64,000 nucleotides of DNA from an uncultured Ulvibacter sp. (GCA_938083445.1 CALKCP010000001.1:22141-86140), one strand, 5' to 3'; shown: positions 1-11,300, counted from the first letter of the stretch. Numbers and translations are program-made. The notes: generated by a model from the letters alone, not told the origin.

Positions 1-269
1 TCCTTTTCTAAGGATTGAATAAACTGAACAGAAGCGTCGATACTGCATCCTGAAGCCGATGCATTTTCCTGATTCAATCCAAAAACAATAAACCTGTTAT
101 ATCTTAGTTCAAATGCTGCTTCTAAGTCTTGTCCATGAGCCGTCCATTGCTGCAGAAACAATTCCGTTTTGGATGCGACAATCTCCACTTCACTTTCAGA
201 TAACTTTCGGCTTGCCTGATACACCCATACTCTGGCGTTATCTGGCAACATTTTAAATTCAACTAACAT
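1..269 (-). CDS. Conserved Bacteroidota small protein, often labelled 'ABC transporter ATPase'; 3' end runs off the window
   Basis: Manual translation from ATG at 269: MLVEFKMLPDNARVWVYQASRK...QWTAHG...SGCSIDASVQFIQSLEK, open to the window edge; recalled as a conserved Flavobacteriaceae protein. Confidence 0.8.
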   Translation of the reverse strand, partial: MLVEFKMLPDNARVWVYQASRKLSESEVEIVASKTELFLQQWTAHGQDLEAAFELRYNRFIVFGLNQENASASGCSIDASVQFIQSLEK

Positions 270-271
270 AA

Positions 272-1063
272 TTATAATTCATCTGCATTTGCAATCATTT
301 CGGCGACATCCATCACTTGTACTTCACCCTCTTTTTCTTTTCCTTTTACGCCATCTGTTAGCATTGTATTACAAAACGGGCAACCCGCTGCTATAATACT
401 AGGCTTTAACGCTATTGCTTCTTCCGTACGTTCTATATTGATATCCTTAGCTCCAGCTTCTGGCTCTTTAAACATCTGAGCTCCTCCTGCCCCACAACAT
501 AGTCCACGAGATTTACATCGTTTCATTTCCACAAGTTCCACTTCCAACTTTTGAAGCAATTCACGGGGCGCTTCATATTCGCCGTTGGCGCGGCCCAAAT
601 AGCAGGGGTCATGAAAGGTAATACGCTTGCCCTTGTATTTACCACCTTCAACCTTCAAACGACCTTCACTCATTAAAGCTTTTAAGAACTGCGTATGATG
701 CATTACCTCATAATTACCACCTAGTTCGGGATATTCATTTTTAATGGTATTAAAACAATGGGGACAGGCAGTAACGATCTTCTTTACCTCGTAGGCATTG
801 AGCACTTCGATATTTCCCATGGCTTGCATTTGGAATAAAAACTCGTTTCCAGCTCTTTTTGCTGGATCACCTGTACAGCTTTCCTCCGTTCCTAATACTG
901 CAAAATCAATTTTCGCTTTGTGAAGTAATTTCACAAAAGCTTTGGTAATTTTCTTAGCCCTATCATCAAAACTACCAGCACAACCGACCCAGAACAAGAC
1001 CTCTGGCTGCTTTCCTTGGGCCATATATTCGGCCATCGTAGGTACTTTTATTTGATCACTCAT
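272..1063 (-). CDS. (Fe-S)-binding protein with two CCG domains (HdrB/HdrD/GlpC-like)
   Basis: 263 aa; FWVGC, SCTGD...TACPHC, FHDPCYLGR, CCGAGG, GCPFC motifs. Confidence 0.9.
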   Translation of the reverse strand: MSDQIKVPTMAEYMAQGKQPEVLFWVGCAGSFDDRAKKITKAFVKLLHKAKIDFAVLGTEESCTGDPAKRAGNEFLFQMQAMGNIEVLNAYEVKKIVTACPHCFNTIKNEYPELGGNYEVMHHTQFLKALMSEGRLKVEGGKYKGKRITFHDPCYLGRANGEYEAPRELLQKLEVELVEMKRCKSRGLCCGAGGAQMFKEPEAGAKDINIERTEEAIALKPSIIAAGCPFCNTMLTDGVKGKEKEGEVQVMDVAEMIANADEL

Positions 1064-1076
1064 TATGCTATGCTTT

Positions 1077-1511
1077 TTATTCTTTAAATACTTCGATGGT
1101 TACTTTTTTCTCAATAAGATCTGAAAAATTCCCCTTGTATCTGGTTGCTTTTACTATGTGATTATCAACCCAATGATAGTTTCCTCCTCTTGGTTTTCCA
1201 ACAAGTAGCGAGTGGTATTTGAAACCATGCTTTTTTAACCAAGTTTCTGTGACGCCACGATGCTCTTCAGTACGAGAGGTGAAAAAACAGATAATATGTC
1301 CTTCATCGTACCATTTATTTAATGTAATCAATGCATCTGGAAATGGTTCACAAGTGGCCATTCGCTCAGGTTCTTCGTTGGGAACATCATCCGTAATGGT
1401 GCCATCAATATCAATCAAATAATTTTTAATTCCCCCATGAAGAACCGGACTTATCAGTTCTCCTTCCTCTTTTTTCTCTGTTAGAAATTCTTCCCCTTTT
1501 TTATTTTCCAT
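1077..1511 (-). CDS. Small cap-less HAD-superfamily phosphatase (LNS2-like)
   Basis: DIDGT motif I, FFTSR motif II, GKP motif III, WVDN motif IV; ATG at 1511 preferred because the 1562 start overlaps the upstream gene. Confidence 0.8.
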   Translation of the reverse strand: MENKKGEEFLTEKKEEGELISPVLHGGIKNYLIDIDGTITDDVPNEEPERMATCEPFPDALITLNKWYDEGHIICFFTSRTEEHRGVTETWLKKHGFKYHSLLVGKPRGGNYHWVDNHIVKATRYKGNFSDLIEKKVTIEVFKE

Positions 1512-1513
1512 TT

Positions 1514-2836
1514 TTATAATTCGTTTTTCCAGTTTAATCGATCCATTTGGTTGAAAGGCCACGGCGCTCCATTGTTCTCAATGTTTGTCATGGTTACATT
1601 TAGTTCAGTCGGTGCTGCAGATTGCTCCATCACCAGGTATTGCCTCATTTCCATAATGATAGACATAGGGTCAATACTAACTGGACAGGCCTCTACACAT
1701 GCATTACAACTTGTACAAGCCCACAACTCCTCTCGTGAGATATAGTCGTCAAGCAATTGCTTTCCATCGGGCACAAACACCTTATTTTTGTCTACGTTCT
1801 TGCCAATCTCTTCAATCCGATCGCGCGTATCCATCATAATTTTACGAGGAGACAACTTCTTCCCACTTATGTTTGCTGGACATTCACTCGTACAACGACC
1901 ACATTCAGTACAGGTGTATGCGTTGAGTAATTGTACTCTGCTCAAATCTAAAGCATCACTAGCACCAAACTTTGCCGGTGCCTCTGTGCCTTCGGGAGCT
2001 GCTGCAAATGGATCAACATTTGGATCCATCATTAGTTTTACTTCATTCGTAACAGCCTTATTGTTTTTAAACTTTCCTTTTGGGTCTACGCTTCCGAAGT
2101 AAACATTAGGGAAAGCCAACATGATATGAAGGTGTTTAGAGAAGTATAGATAATTAAGAAATACCAGGATCCCTAGGATGTGAATCCACCATGCGCTGCG
2201 CTCAATAATTACAACTGTGGCTTCTGAAAAACCTGCAAAAAGAGGCGCAATAAAACTACTAACGGGAAATGTGCCCGCCTTCGTGTAATGCGCTGCATCC
2301 ATTTGCTGTAACACCTGGTCTGAAGCATTCATTGTTAAGAACAGCACCATTAGCACTACTTCAAAATACAGAATGTAGTTCGCATCATTCTTAGGCCAAC
2401 CTTTCATTTCAGGTGACATAAATCGTTTTATTTTCTGAACATTTCTTCGAATCCAGAAAGCAATAACGCCAACCAGAACAAGAAGTGCCAGTATTTCAAA
2501 GGTCGCGATCAAAAAGTCATAAAATACACCCAAGAATGAAAATACGCGATGAGTTCCCAGCAGCCCATCAATAATAATCTCTAAGACTTCTATATTAATT
2601 AATACAAACCCTACATACACGACAACATGAAAAAGACCTGCGACGGGTCGAACAACCATTTTTGATTGCCCTATTGCAATTCGAAGCACGTTGCCCCATC
2701 GTTCTTTTGTATGGCCAGACGCGTCAACTGTCTGCCCTAGTTTGATATTGCGAATTATTTTACGAATGTTCAGAGTAAAATAGCCAACGCCAGCTACCAA
2801 GGCAATGAGAAATATTATATTAGGTAAATAGTGCAT
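1514..2836 (-). CDS. Membrane-bound (Fe-S) oxidoreductase subunit: cytochrome b-like TM domain plus 2x[4Fe-4S] (FadF/HdrE-D-like N-terminal half)
   Basis: Several TM segments with His residues (GLFHVV, WWIHIL, SKHLHIM); CTECGRCTSECP and CTSCNACVEACP ferredoxin motifs. Confidence 0.88.
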   Translation of the reverse strand: MHYLPNIIFLIALVAGVGYFTLNIRKIIRNIKLGQTVDASGHTKERWGNVLRIAIGQSKMVVRPVAGLFHVVVYVGFVLINIEVLEIIIDGLLGTHRVFSFLGVFYDFLIATFEILALLVLVGVIAFWIRRNVQKIKRFMSPEMKGWPKNDANYILYFEVVLMVLFLTMNASDQVLQQMDAAHYTKAGTFPVSSFIAPLFAGFSEATVVIIERSAWWIHILGILVFLNYLYFSKHLHIMLAFPNVYFGSVDPKGKFKNNKAVTNEVKLMMDPNVDPFAAAPEGTEAPAKFGASDALDLSRVQLLNAYTCTECGRCTSECPANISGKKLSPRKIMMDTRDRIEEIGKNVDKNKVFVPDGKQLLDDYISREELWACTSCNACVEACPVSIDPMSIIMEMRQYLVMEQSAAPTELNVTMTNIENNGAPWPFNQMDRLNWKNEL

Positions 2837-2839
2837 CAA

Positions 2840-3790
2840 TTATTGAATGGAATCGTTAGGCGCTGCGTACTCTTTCTGCTTTTTTCCAAATACTGAAACG
2901 TGAACATATCGCTTTGGATTTAATCGCACGTCTTCTAACAACTTTTCTAGTTCTTTAGAAGCGCCCTCTAAATTCTCATAAAGCTTTTCGTCCTTTAATA
3001 GTTTTCCAACAGAACCTTCTCCATTATCTAATCCAGTTACGATAGCATCAAAACGACCAATAACACCTTGTAAGTCGGCAACCAATTTACCTGTTTGAAT
3101 TTGTGCAAGCGAGTCTGAAAATTTAGAAAAATTAAGAGACATTTCGTCAAGATTGGTAAAGGTGCGATCCATCTTCCCTGCATTATTTGCTAAAAGGGTG
3201 TTGAGTTTTCCGGACACACCGTTGAGTGAACTCATAGTGCCGTTTAAATTTTGAATCGCCTGTTTTAGGTGAAGCCTTGTATCCTTGTCTAAGATGTCGT
3301 TTACGCTCAAAAGCATAGAATCAACAGATATTAAGGTTGATGTTAACCGATCTTCCAATGGGCCTAGCGCTTTGGTTACAGCATCCAACATTCCTCCATC
3401 AATAGCACCACTTAAGGTGTCGCCCGATTTTGCTATATTTTCAGGATCGTATTCTAGGAAAATGCCAAGTGATTTACCACCGATAAGACCATCGCTATAT
3501 ATACGCACTTTACTGGTTTTTGAAAAAACAAACGCATTGTCTACTGTAAACTTCACAACAAGTCCTCCATTGCCATCGGCAAACCTAATGTCGTTCACCT
3601 TACCTACATTTAAGCCATTTATTGTTACGGGTGCAGATGTAGCCAATCCTTCGACATTTTTATACTTCACAAAGAAAACACGACTGTCTTGAAAAAGGTT
3701 TGTTCCCTTTAAGAAGCTATAACCAAATACAAAGAGTAGGATAGCACCTATAGCAAGTATTCCTGTTTTTACTTCTCGAGAGACTTTCAA
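2840..3790 (-). CDS. MlaD/MCE family protein
   Basis: N-terminal TM anchor, GL...APVTINGLNVGKV MCE motif, helical C-terminus; TTG at 3790 (MKVSREVKTGIL) preferred over 3811. Confidence 0.88.
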   Translation of the reverse strand: MKVSREVKTGILAIGAILLFVFGYSFLKGTNLFQDSRVFFVKYKNVEGLATSAPVTINGLNVGKVNDIRFADGNGGLVVKFTVDNAFVFSKTSKVRIYSDGLIGGKSLGIFLEYDPENIAKSGDTLSGAIDGGMLDAVTKALGPLEDRLTSTLISVDSMLLSVNDILDKDTRLHLKQAIQNLNGTMSSLNGVSGKLNTLLANNAGKMDRTFTNLDEMSLNFSKFSDSLAQIQTGKLVADLQGVIGRFDAIVTGLDNGEGSVGKLLKDEKLYENLEGASKELEKLLEDVRLNPKRYVHVSVFGKKQKEYAAPNDSIQ

Positions 3791-3844
3791 ATGATACAGT
3801 TTAAGGTTCAAGCAAATTTAAAAATAATTATAGAGAAATCTTCT

Positions 3845-4960
3845 TTATTTATCTTCCGATTTCAAGACTTCTGAAAGTTTCATTTTATCACCATTTTTAA
3901 AGGCAACAATATAGCAAGAAGGGTAGCCGCTTTTTATCGCAAACGCTCTCATTAACAGAATCTTGTCGTAATCAGAAGTGCTTCCGTAGTAGTATTTATA
4001 CATCCTACCTTCGAGGGAGCGACTTATTTCAGTAAGCCCTTTAAAATTGTACGATTTCAGCGCTAATTTTTTCGAACCAGCAGCTAGCTGAACTTTAAAA
4101 GTAATCCCTGGATACACTTTTTCTCCTGTAGCACTTTGCCCATTTTGATTTTCATCCGATGCGACAGCTATCGTTGCCAAGTCAATGGTCTTTTGATAGG
4201 ATACAATAGCTTGAGTAATAGATGTGGCCATTTCTTTTTGTCCCTTTGAAGAGTTTAAATAGGCTCCTTCTGTCTTATTCGTCAAAAAACCCGTTTCAAC
4301 TAGCACACTTGGCATATAGCTTTGGTGTAAAACAATAAAACCAGCTTGCTTTATACTTCTATCCTTTCGCTTTAATTTGTTAATGAAATTGTCTTGAATC
4401 AAGCTAGCGAGCAAAATACTCTGATCCAAATACTCTTCTTGCATTAATGTTAGACCGATAAAAGATTCTGGCGAATTTGGGTCATAACCTGCATAATTTT
4501 CTTGATAATTTTCTTCGAGCAAAATCACCTCATTCTCTTTCTTGGCTACTTCTAAATTTCGTTTATTCGCATGCAAACCCAAAACAAAAGTACCCGCGCC
4601 ATAGGCGTTGCTCGTATGCGAATCGCAGTGCACAGAAACGAAAAGGTCGGCATCTGCTCTGTTTGCTATCGCTCCCCTCTCAAAAAGTTCTACAAAGACA
4701 TTTTTCTTCCTAGTATAAATCACCTTTATATTCGGATTCTTTTCGAGTTCAGCACCTACCTTAAGCACTATTTTTAGTGCGATATCCGATTCTTTATATC
4801 CGTTTCCTACATTCCCTGGGTCATGTCCTCCATGCCCAGCATCTAAGACAACAACAAACCGTTTTATTGGTTTTAACAGATTTGAACTGTTACCTTCATA
4901 AGAGGAAAATAGTATGAAGCTAATAGGTAGCAATATAGTATGTAACAGTATCGTTTTCAT
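3845..4960 (-). CDS. N-acetylmuramoyl-L-alanine amidase (Amidase_3)
   Basis: VVVLDAGHGGHDPG, FVSVHCD, SVLVETGF zinc-amidase motifs; signal peptide. Confidence 0.95.
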   Translation of the reverse strand: MKTILLHTILLPISFILFSSYEGNSSNLLKPIKRFVVVLDAGHGGHDPGNVGNGYKESDIALKIVLKVGAELEKNPNIKVIYTRKKNVFVELFERGAIANRADADLFVSVHCDSHTSNAYGAGTFVLGLHANKRNLEVAKKENEVILLEENYQENYAGYDPNSPESFIGLTLMQEEYLDQSILLASLIQDNFINKLKRKDRSIKQAGFIVLHQSYMPSVLVETGFLTNKTEGAYLNSSKGQKEMATSITQAIVSYQKTIDLATIAVASDENQNGQSATGEKVYPGITFKVQLAAGSKKLALKSYNFKGLTEISRSLEGRMYKYYYGSTSDYDKILLMRAFAIKSGYPSCYIVAFKNGDKMKLSEVLKSEDK

Positions 4961-5028
4961 TTATAACAAACGTATGTTCAAAGTTGATATTTTAAAAAAA
5001 TGAATTTAAAAAGTTCAGCCGAAAAAAT

Positions 5029-7830
5029 ATGCTTAATTTTGAAATTCAAAAAACTAAGTCAAAACTACAAAATAATCATATCGTAGCATTGCAAACACGA
5101 CAGCAATATTTATATGTTTTCCTTTTAACTTTGCTCTTGTGCGGGAGCATTAGTTATTCTCAAGATATCCCACCCAAAAGTGACGTAAATCTGCCATCTA
5201 AGGCGCAAGACGAAGTTATTGTAGAGCCTGTAACAGATACGATATCATTATTTTCAGAGCCTTTCAACCCAGAAATAAGTGAAGCAATAACAGATACTGT
5301 AAAGATAGATTCTTTAGAGCCTAAGAAAGAAATGCTAGATGACATTGTTTCCTATTATGGGGAGGACTATGTCTATATCGATCAAAAGAAAAGCAAAGTC
5401 TATTTATACAATAAAGCCTATATCATTTATGGAGACTTGCGCATCGATGCGGGCCTCATTATTCTGGACTATGAAAAAAACGAAGTATATGCCCGGGGCA
5501 TTGACAGCGCCGGTGTTTACAGCCAAAAACCTAAATTTGTTCAGGCCTCAAATGAGGTAAACCCGGATTCTATTCGTTTTAACTTCGACACAAAAAAGGC
5601 GCTCATTTACAACTCAAGAACGATGCAAAACAACTTTAATGTTATTGCTGAGGTTACGAAACGAGAAAATGATTCGGTTATTTATGTGCGAAATGTAAAA
5701 TTTACGACTTCTGATAATATCGATGATCCTGACTATTATTTCTATTCGAGAAGAGCGAAGTTTGTGCCTAAAAAAAAGATTGTTACCGGGCTTACAAACA
5801 TGTATATAGCAGATGTCCCCACGCCCATAGGCCTGCCGTTTGCCTTTTTTCCATTAACTGAAGATAGGGCGTCTGGTGTTATCATACCTACAATTGGAGA
5901 TGGTAGTGAACGTGGTTTCTTTTTTCAGAATGGAGGGTATTACTTTGCTATTAATGATTATGTGGATGTAACGCTAACGGGCGATTATTACACCAATGGG
6001 AGTTATGGGTTGAGAGCCGAATCGGCCTATGTTTTAAAGTATAAGTTTCGTGGTAACGTAAGCGTACGATATGAAAATTTACTCAATGAAGAAAGAGGTT
6101 TTCCAAACTTCAACCAAAGTACAGTATATAACATACGATGGAGCCATACACAGGACCAGAAGTCGAGCCCGAGCTCTAGGTTTTCTGCTTCTGTGAACTT
6201 AGGGAGTAGTGAATATTATCAGCAATCTATAAACCAGACAAACAACGCGAGCGCACTCGTGAACTCATTGAGCTCCTCAATTTCATACTCAAAGAGTTTT
6301 GAGGGAGAGCCTCAGGTAAATACCGCAGTTTCTCTAACACATTCGCAAAACAGTAATACGCAACAGATAAACATGTCTCTTCCGAGTATTACAACAAGCG
6401 TTTCTCGAGTTTTCCCATTTGCACCAAAATCTGGTACTAAAAAAGGCATTATTGACAATATAAATTTTCAATATGATTTTATTGGCGATAATAGAATTAA
6501 CACCGTAGATTCATTGTTTTTTAAGAAAGAAATGTTCAATAAGGCGCAGGTAGGTGCTCGGCATAGAATTCCAATTAGCACGAACTTTAAAATACTAAAG
6601 CATCTGAGTGCATCTGCGAGCACAACCTATCAAGAAACATGGACCTTGAAGACTTTCACAAAACGATATGATGATGGTGCAAATAACGGCGCAGGAGAGG
6701 TTGTAACCGATACTGTTTCTGGCTTTGATAGTTACAGAACTTACAATTTTGCATCGAGTCTTGGGACAACCATATATGGAACATACAATTTTGGAAAAGA
6801 CAAAAAATTTCAAGCGATACGACACGTGATGCGACCCAGTGTTAGTTATGGAATCAATCCTGGTTTCGACAATACGTATGACTCCTATGCCGTGCCAATT
6901 GTTTCGGCAGATCCTAATATTAATGAAGAAGTGGTTTCTTATTCCCGTTTTGAAGGTACTTTGTATGGTGCTCCTGGCCGCAACTTTTCAAGTAATGTTG
7001 GAATTTCATTAAGCAATACTCTTGAAGCCAAAGTGCGGGATAAAGACACGACTGCAGTTAGCCCCAAGAAAATAGTTTTATTAAACAACTTAAACTTTGC
7101 AACCGGATATAACTTGAAGGGTGACTCTTTAAATTGGAGTCCTGTTTCTTTTAGTGGTAGCATCCCTATTATTGAAAAATTAGACTTAAACTTTAATGGT
7201 GCTTTAGACCCCTATGCTCTCAACAACAGCAACGTTAGAATTGATGAATTTAATATTAATAATGGCGGAAGTATTTTTAGATTAACCAATGCCAATATTA
7301 GTTTTAATTATAATTTTTCTAGCAAAGATTTTGAAGGCAAGGGCAATGATGAAGAGAACTTTAACAACGATACCTTCAGAAATGGAGGGCGTCCTGATGA
7401 TCTTTTTGGGGACTCAACCCTTCTTAATAACACGTCCAATGCAGGCAATAAAGAAAAAAACCAAAGCAACCCGAAAGAAGACTGGTATAATTTCGACATC
7501 CCTTGGGATTTGAGAATCGCGTATACAATGACCTACTCGAATGGGCAAAGACAGAACGAAATATCGTCTCAGTCGCTTATGTTTAGTTCCAATGTAGAAC
7601 TCTCACCACGATGGCGGGTTGGCGTTTCTTCTGGGTACGATTTTAAAAACAAGGGAGTGACACTAACTCAGTTCCGTTTTGTGCGCGATTTAGAAAGTTG
7701 GAACATGAGTTTTAACTGGACTCCAATTGGCAGTGTTAATACGGCCTGGTATTTCTTTATAGGAATCAAGTCTGGGGTTCTAAGTGATATCAAATATGAC
7801 AAACGAAGAGAGCCAGATAGGAATTTTTAA
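5029..7830 (+). CDS. lptD: Putative LPS assembly protein LptD (Bacteroidota type)
   Basis: 933 aa; OstA-like N-domain, PTPIGLPF motif, aromatic-rich beta-barrel pattern; the true start may lie downstream. Confidence 0.8.
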   Translation: MLNFEIQKTKSKLQNNHIVALQTRQQYLYVFLLTLLLCGSISYSQDIPPKSDVNLPSKAQDEVIVEPVTDTISLFSEPFNPEISEAITDTVKIDSLEPKKEMLDDIVSYYGEDYVYIDQKKSKVYLYNKAYIIYGDLRIDAGLIILDYEKNEVYARGIDSAGVYSQKPKFVQASNEVNPDSIRFNFDTKKALIYNSRTMQNNFNVIAEVTKRENDSVIYVRNVKFTTSDNIDDPDYYFYSRRAKFVPKKKIVTGLTNMYIADVPTPIGLPFAFFPLTEDRASGVIIPTIGDGSERGFFFQNGGYYFAINDYVDVTLTGDYYTNGSYGLRAESAYVLKYKFRGNVSVRYENLLNEERGFPNFNQSTVYNIRWSHTQDQKSSPSSRFSASVNLGSSEYYQQSINQTNNASALVNSLSSSISYSKSFEGEPQVNTAVSLTHSQNSNTQQINMSLPSITTSVSRVFPFAPKSGTKKGIIDNINFQYDFIGDNRINTVDSLFFKKEMFNKAQVGARHRIPISTNFKILKHLSASASTTYQETWTLKTFTKRYDDGANNGAGEVVTDTVSGFDSYRTYNFASSLGTTIYGTYNFGKDKKFQAIRHVMRPSVSYGINPGFDNTYDSYAVPIVSADPNINEEVVSYSRFEGTLYGAPGRNFSSNVGISLSNTLEAKVRDKDTTAVSPKKIVLLNNLNFATGYNLKGDSLNWSPVSFSGSIPIIEKLDLNFNGALDPYALNNSNVRIDEFNINNGGSIFRLTNANISFNYNFSSKDFEGKGNDEENFNNDTFRNGGRPDDLFGDSTLLNNTSNAGNKEKNQSNPKEDWYNFDIPWDLRIAYTMTYSNGQRQNEISSQSLMFSSNVELSPRWRVGVSSGYDFKNKGVTLTQFRFVRDLESWNMSFNWTPIGSVNTAWYFFIGIKSGVLSDIKYDKRREPDRNF

Positions 7831-7910
7831 GGAGTTTACAAAACAGATTTGAAATAGTACTAAGACCCAAAGAGTGCTTCATTATTGAATTCAATTTAAA
7901 TAATTATTTA

Positions 7911-8291
7911 ATGAAAAAGATTATAACAACCAAAAATGCACCCGCTCCAATAGGACCATACAGCCAGGCTGTTTTAAACGGAGGCATGCTATATACATCA
8001 GGACAGATTGCTATCGACCCAAAAACTGGGGCCTTGGCATTAGGCGATATAAAAGCGGAAACAAAACTTGTAATGGAAAACCTAAAAGGCATACTTTCTG
8101 AGGTAGGGATGACCTTTGAAAATGTTCTAAAGACGTCAATTTTTATTAGCGATATGGAAAATTTCTCTAAAATTAATGAAGTCTATGCCACCTATTTTAA
8201 TGAAGTGACAGCACCTGCCAGAGAAACAGTTGAAGTTGCAAACCTACCAAAATACGTGAATGTAGAAATTTCACTAATCGCATCGCTTTAA
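7911..8291 (+). CDS. ridA: RidA/YjgF family enamine deaminase
   Basis: APAPIGPYSQA, TSGQI, PARETVEVANLP, VEIS motifs. Confidence 0.93.
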   Translation: MKKIITTKNAPAPIGPYSQAVLNGGMLYTSGQIAIDPKTGALALGDIKAETKLVMENLKGILSEVGMTFENVLKTSIFISDMENFSKINEVYATYFNEVTAPARETVEVANLPKYVNVEISLIASL

Positions 8292-8319
8292 CGAAATGCC
8301 ATTGGCCGATCTAAAAACC

Positions 8320-11300
8320 TTAGATTCCCTTTTTGTTATTTGGCGAAACGAATTGGACAGGTAAATTATCGTCTGTTACAGCGGGTAACGCTTCTTCAGA
8401 CTCCAATGTTAGCTTTTTATGAAAGAGCTTGTTTACTAATTCGCTAAAGGTGTCAAAATTGACGGAATACGTGAGCCCAACCCCTTGCTCAAAGGTTTGA
8501 TCTTCACCAATAAATTGCAAATCTGCTTCACGATTAAAAAATTTCATTCTTAAACTACCATCCTCGTTTACAAGCCACTGAACCTCAATATCACCAGCAA
8601 TAGTCGTGTCGGTTGACCCTCCAACGGGCACCCCTACCTTCCCATTAATTAAAAGGCGTTCACTTATTTGAGTTGATATTGTTATCCCCAATCTATCTGA
8701 AGTTTCTTGATTTGGAGTTCTGTTTCCAGCAGAATAATCCAACCCTACTCGAAACTTCCCATCTTCGTCTGCAAAAAGATCATTCACCATCCCCGAAACG
8801 CGCTGTGCTAAAGTTCCGGAAAAGGTGTTAGAACTTTGATAATTATCGTTTACAAAAGAACCGGTTGCAAGCAAAAACAGTGCTTGTTTCTGATTCTGTT
8901 CTTGACTTTGGAGTTTGTATTCTAATTCACTTCGTACTGTTGAACTTACTTTCGGAAAACCAATATTAAAATTGAGGTCAGGTTGTATAATTTCACCTTT
9001 CAAATCTACAATAACCTCCACAGGTATATCTCGATTAACTGAGGGATTGTCTAGTAAAGTAGCCGGATTTGCATCCAAATTATATTTCGCACTAATATTA
9101 AGCCTCGCTCTCTCTGGGGCACCTTCCCAGACAATAAAGCCCCCTCCTACCACATCAATATCCTTTTGAATAATACCTCCATATCTAAAATCGTAGGATC
9201 CTTCGATTACTGTAAACTCGCCCCACATCTGAAATTTTCCCAGTGTGTTAATACGAATTAAGAGTGTACCATCTCCCCTTCCTTTAAGTGTCGAATTGTT
9301 TACTTTATCAACCACAACCTCTACCTCGGCTTTATTATTTATATCCAAATCGAAGTTCAGTGACAAGCCTTTAATTTCTCTTGAAACAAAGGGGTCACCA
9401 CTAATTATAGCTTGTTTCTGTTTAGGTGATAAAAACGTGATAAAAGAATCTTCTCCAATTGTTTCGGCATCACTTAATGGAATTTTGAAGGTCGTTCCTT
9501 CTTCTGTTGTAGCAGTAACGTCTATAACCAATTCATCTATCGGGCCTAAAATGTCTGCCGAACCGCTAATGAATGCTGTTCCATAGTATAGTGCTTCATC
9601 GTCGGGCGGGGTATTTAAAACAAGCAGTCGCTCTGGCGCTTCAATATGTAAGTTCAATTCCCAATCACTAAAATTTTCATGGGTAGCATTTCCAAAGAAA
9701 GTCCCTTTTGTTTTAAACTGAGAGTCGGTAATTGTAACATTTCCAATCTCTAGCTTGTTTTTAGTCACTAAAATTTCTGCCTTGTTTTCAATTTCAAAAT
9801 CTGTATTAATCTCAACAACCCTTAAACCACTATTTTCAAGAGAAAAGTTGCCTCGTATCTCTGGCGAGCCATAGTCTCCTGTAACTTTTGCTTTGCCAGA
9901 AACCAATCCTCTTATGTCTGTAATAACTTCCGCTCCAAAGGGGCTAAATGCACGCATATTGAATTCATTCAACGCTACATCTACATCAAGATTAGAACTG
10001 TTTTTTGAAACATCAATACTACCTAACGCCTCAATTGACTTCACTTGATCGTTAATAAGAGTGGAGTTAATAGAATATCTCGTTAGATCCTCATTTCCAG
10101 AAACCAGCAAACTAAAATCTCCAAAGGCTATGTCGTTTATAAGCACACTATCAATGCGAACCACCGAACTGGGATAGTATCGTTTGTTTTTCTGAACAAG
10201 ATTAAATTTCCCATTCAGATTCCCTTCAAGTCTAAGACTATCAACTGTTGGAATCAAATTTCCAATATTTACGTCATTAAAACGCATCCTCAGGTTCTTA
10301 TAGGTAGAATCCCTAATGGTTCCTGCAAAATGAATGATTTCTTTGTTGTGATTTAAAACTAAGGAATCGACTCGAACCGTATTAAAATTATCATCAAAAA
10401 CAACTTTATTATAACGGTTATTATGCTCATTTAAGAACCAGATATTTTCTTTATAGGTGATATCTGATTTTTTTACACCAACAACCGATTTCCCCTCTGG
10501 ATTGATCGTGTGATACAGCGATAAATTAAACAAGTCTTCTTTCTTTTTACCTCCATTAAATTCAGAACGGATGTACAGCGTATCATTTAATGTCTTATTT
10601 ATCAAACTAACATCCTTCAGATTATAAACGCCTGTATACACCGAATCGATGGATACGTAGGTATTGAACAACGGATTGTCGTTATCAACTTGAATATTTA
10701 ACTTGGAAAGATAATTGTCAAAAAGCAGTAACTCAGGAGATTTGAAGTTTAATTTAAACTTCGATTCATCAGAAAAAACAGAGCCCTTAATCCTAGTGTT
10801 TTCACCAAATTCTAATTGCGGCACAAAGAGTTCCACAATTTTATTATAAATAACGAATTCATAATCTATGTATTGATTGCTCGTTACTTCCTTTGGTATA
10901 AAATTGGCATATATGCTGGCAATTCCATTTCGAAAGAGACTTGGAATGTCTTTTAATAAAAATTCACCGCTAATTTCTCCGTTAATAATATCGGGGGATG
11001 TTACTTCAATAGTTCTAATTTTCGAATCAAAAGATGAGATGATTTTTAGATCATCAAAATAAAAATTATCTCGTTCATTTTGATAAAAAGTCTCACTTAG
11101 GCTTATGCTCCCTTCGGCGTCTTCAAAAGTGGTTCCATCCATATCCATAACAACCTTCCCTGCGAATACAGAAATACTATCTCGCTTTACTAGGTTTAAT
11201 TTGTTCAGCTCAGCGAAGCTAATATTGGCTTCAAAATCATATTGATTAAAATCATTAGAAACATCAATTAGGCCGACAAAGTCCATTTTTAAATTTGGGT

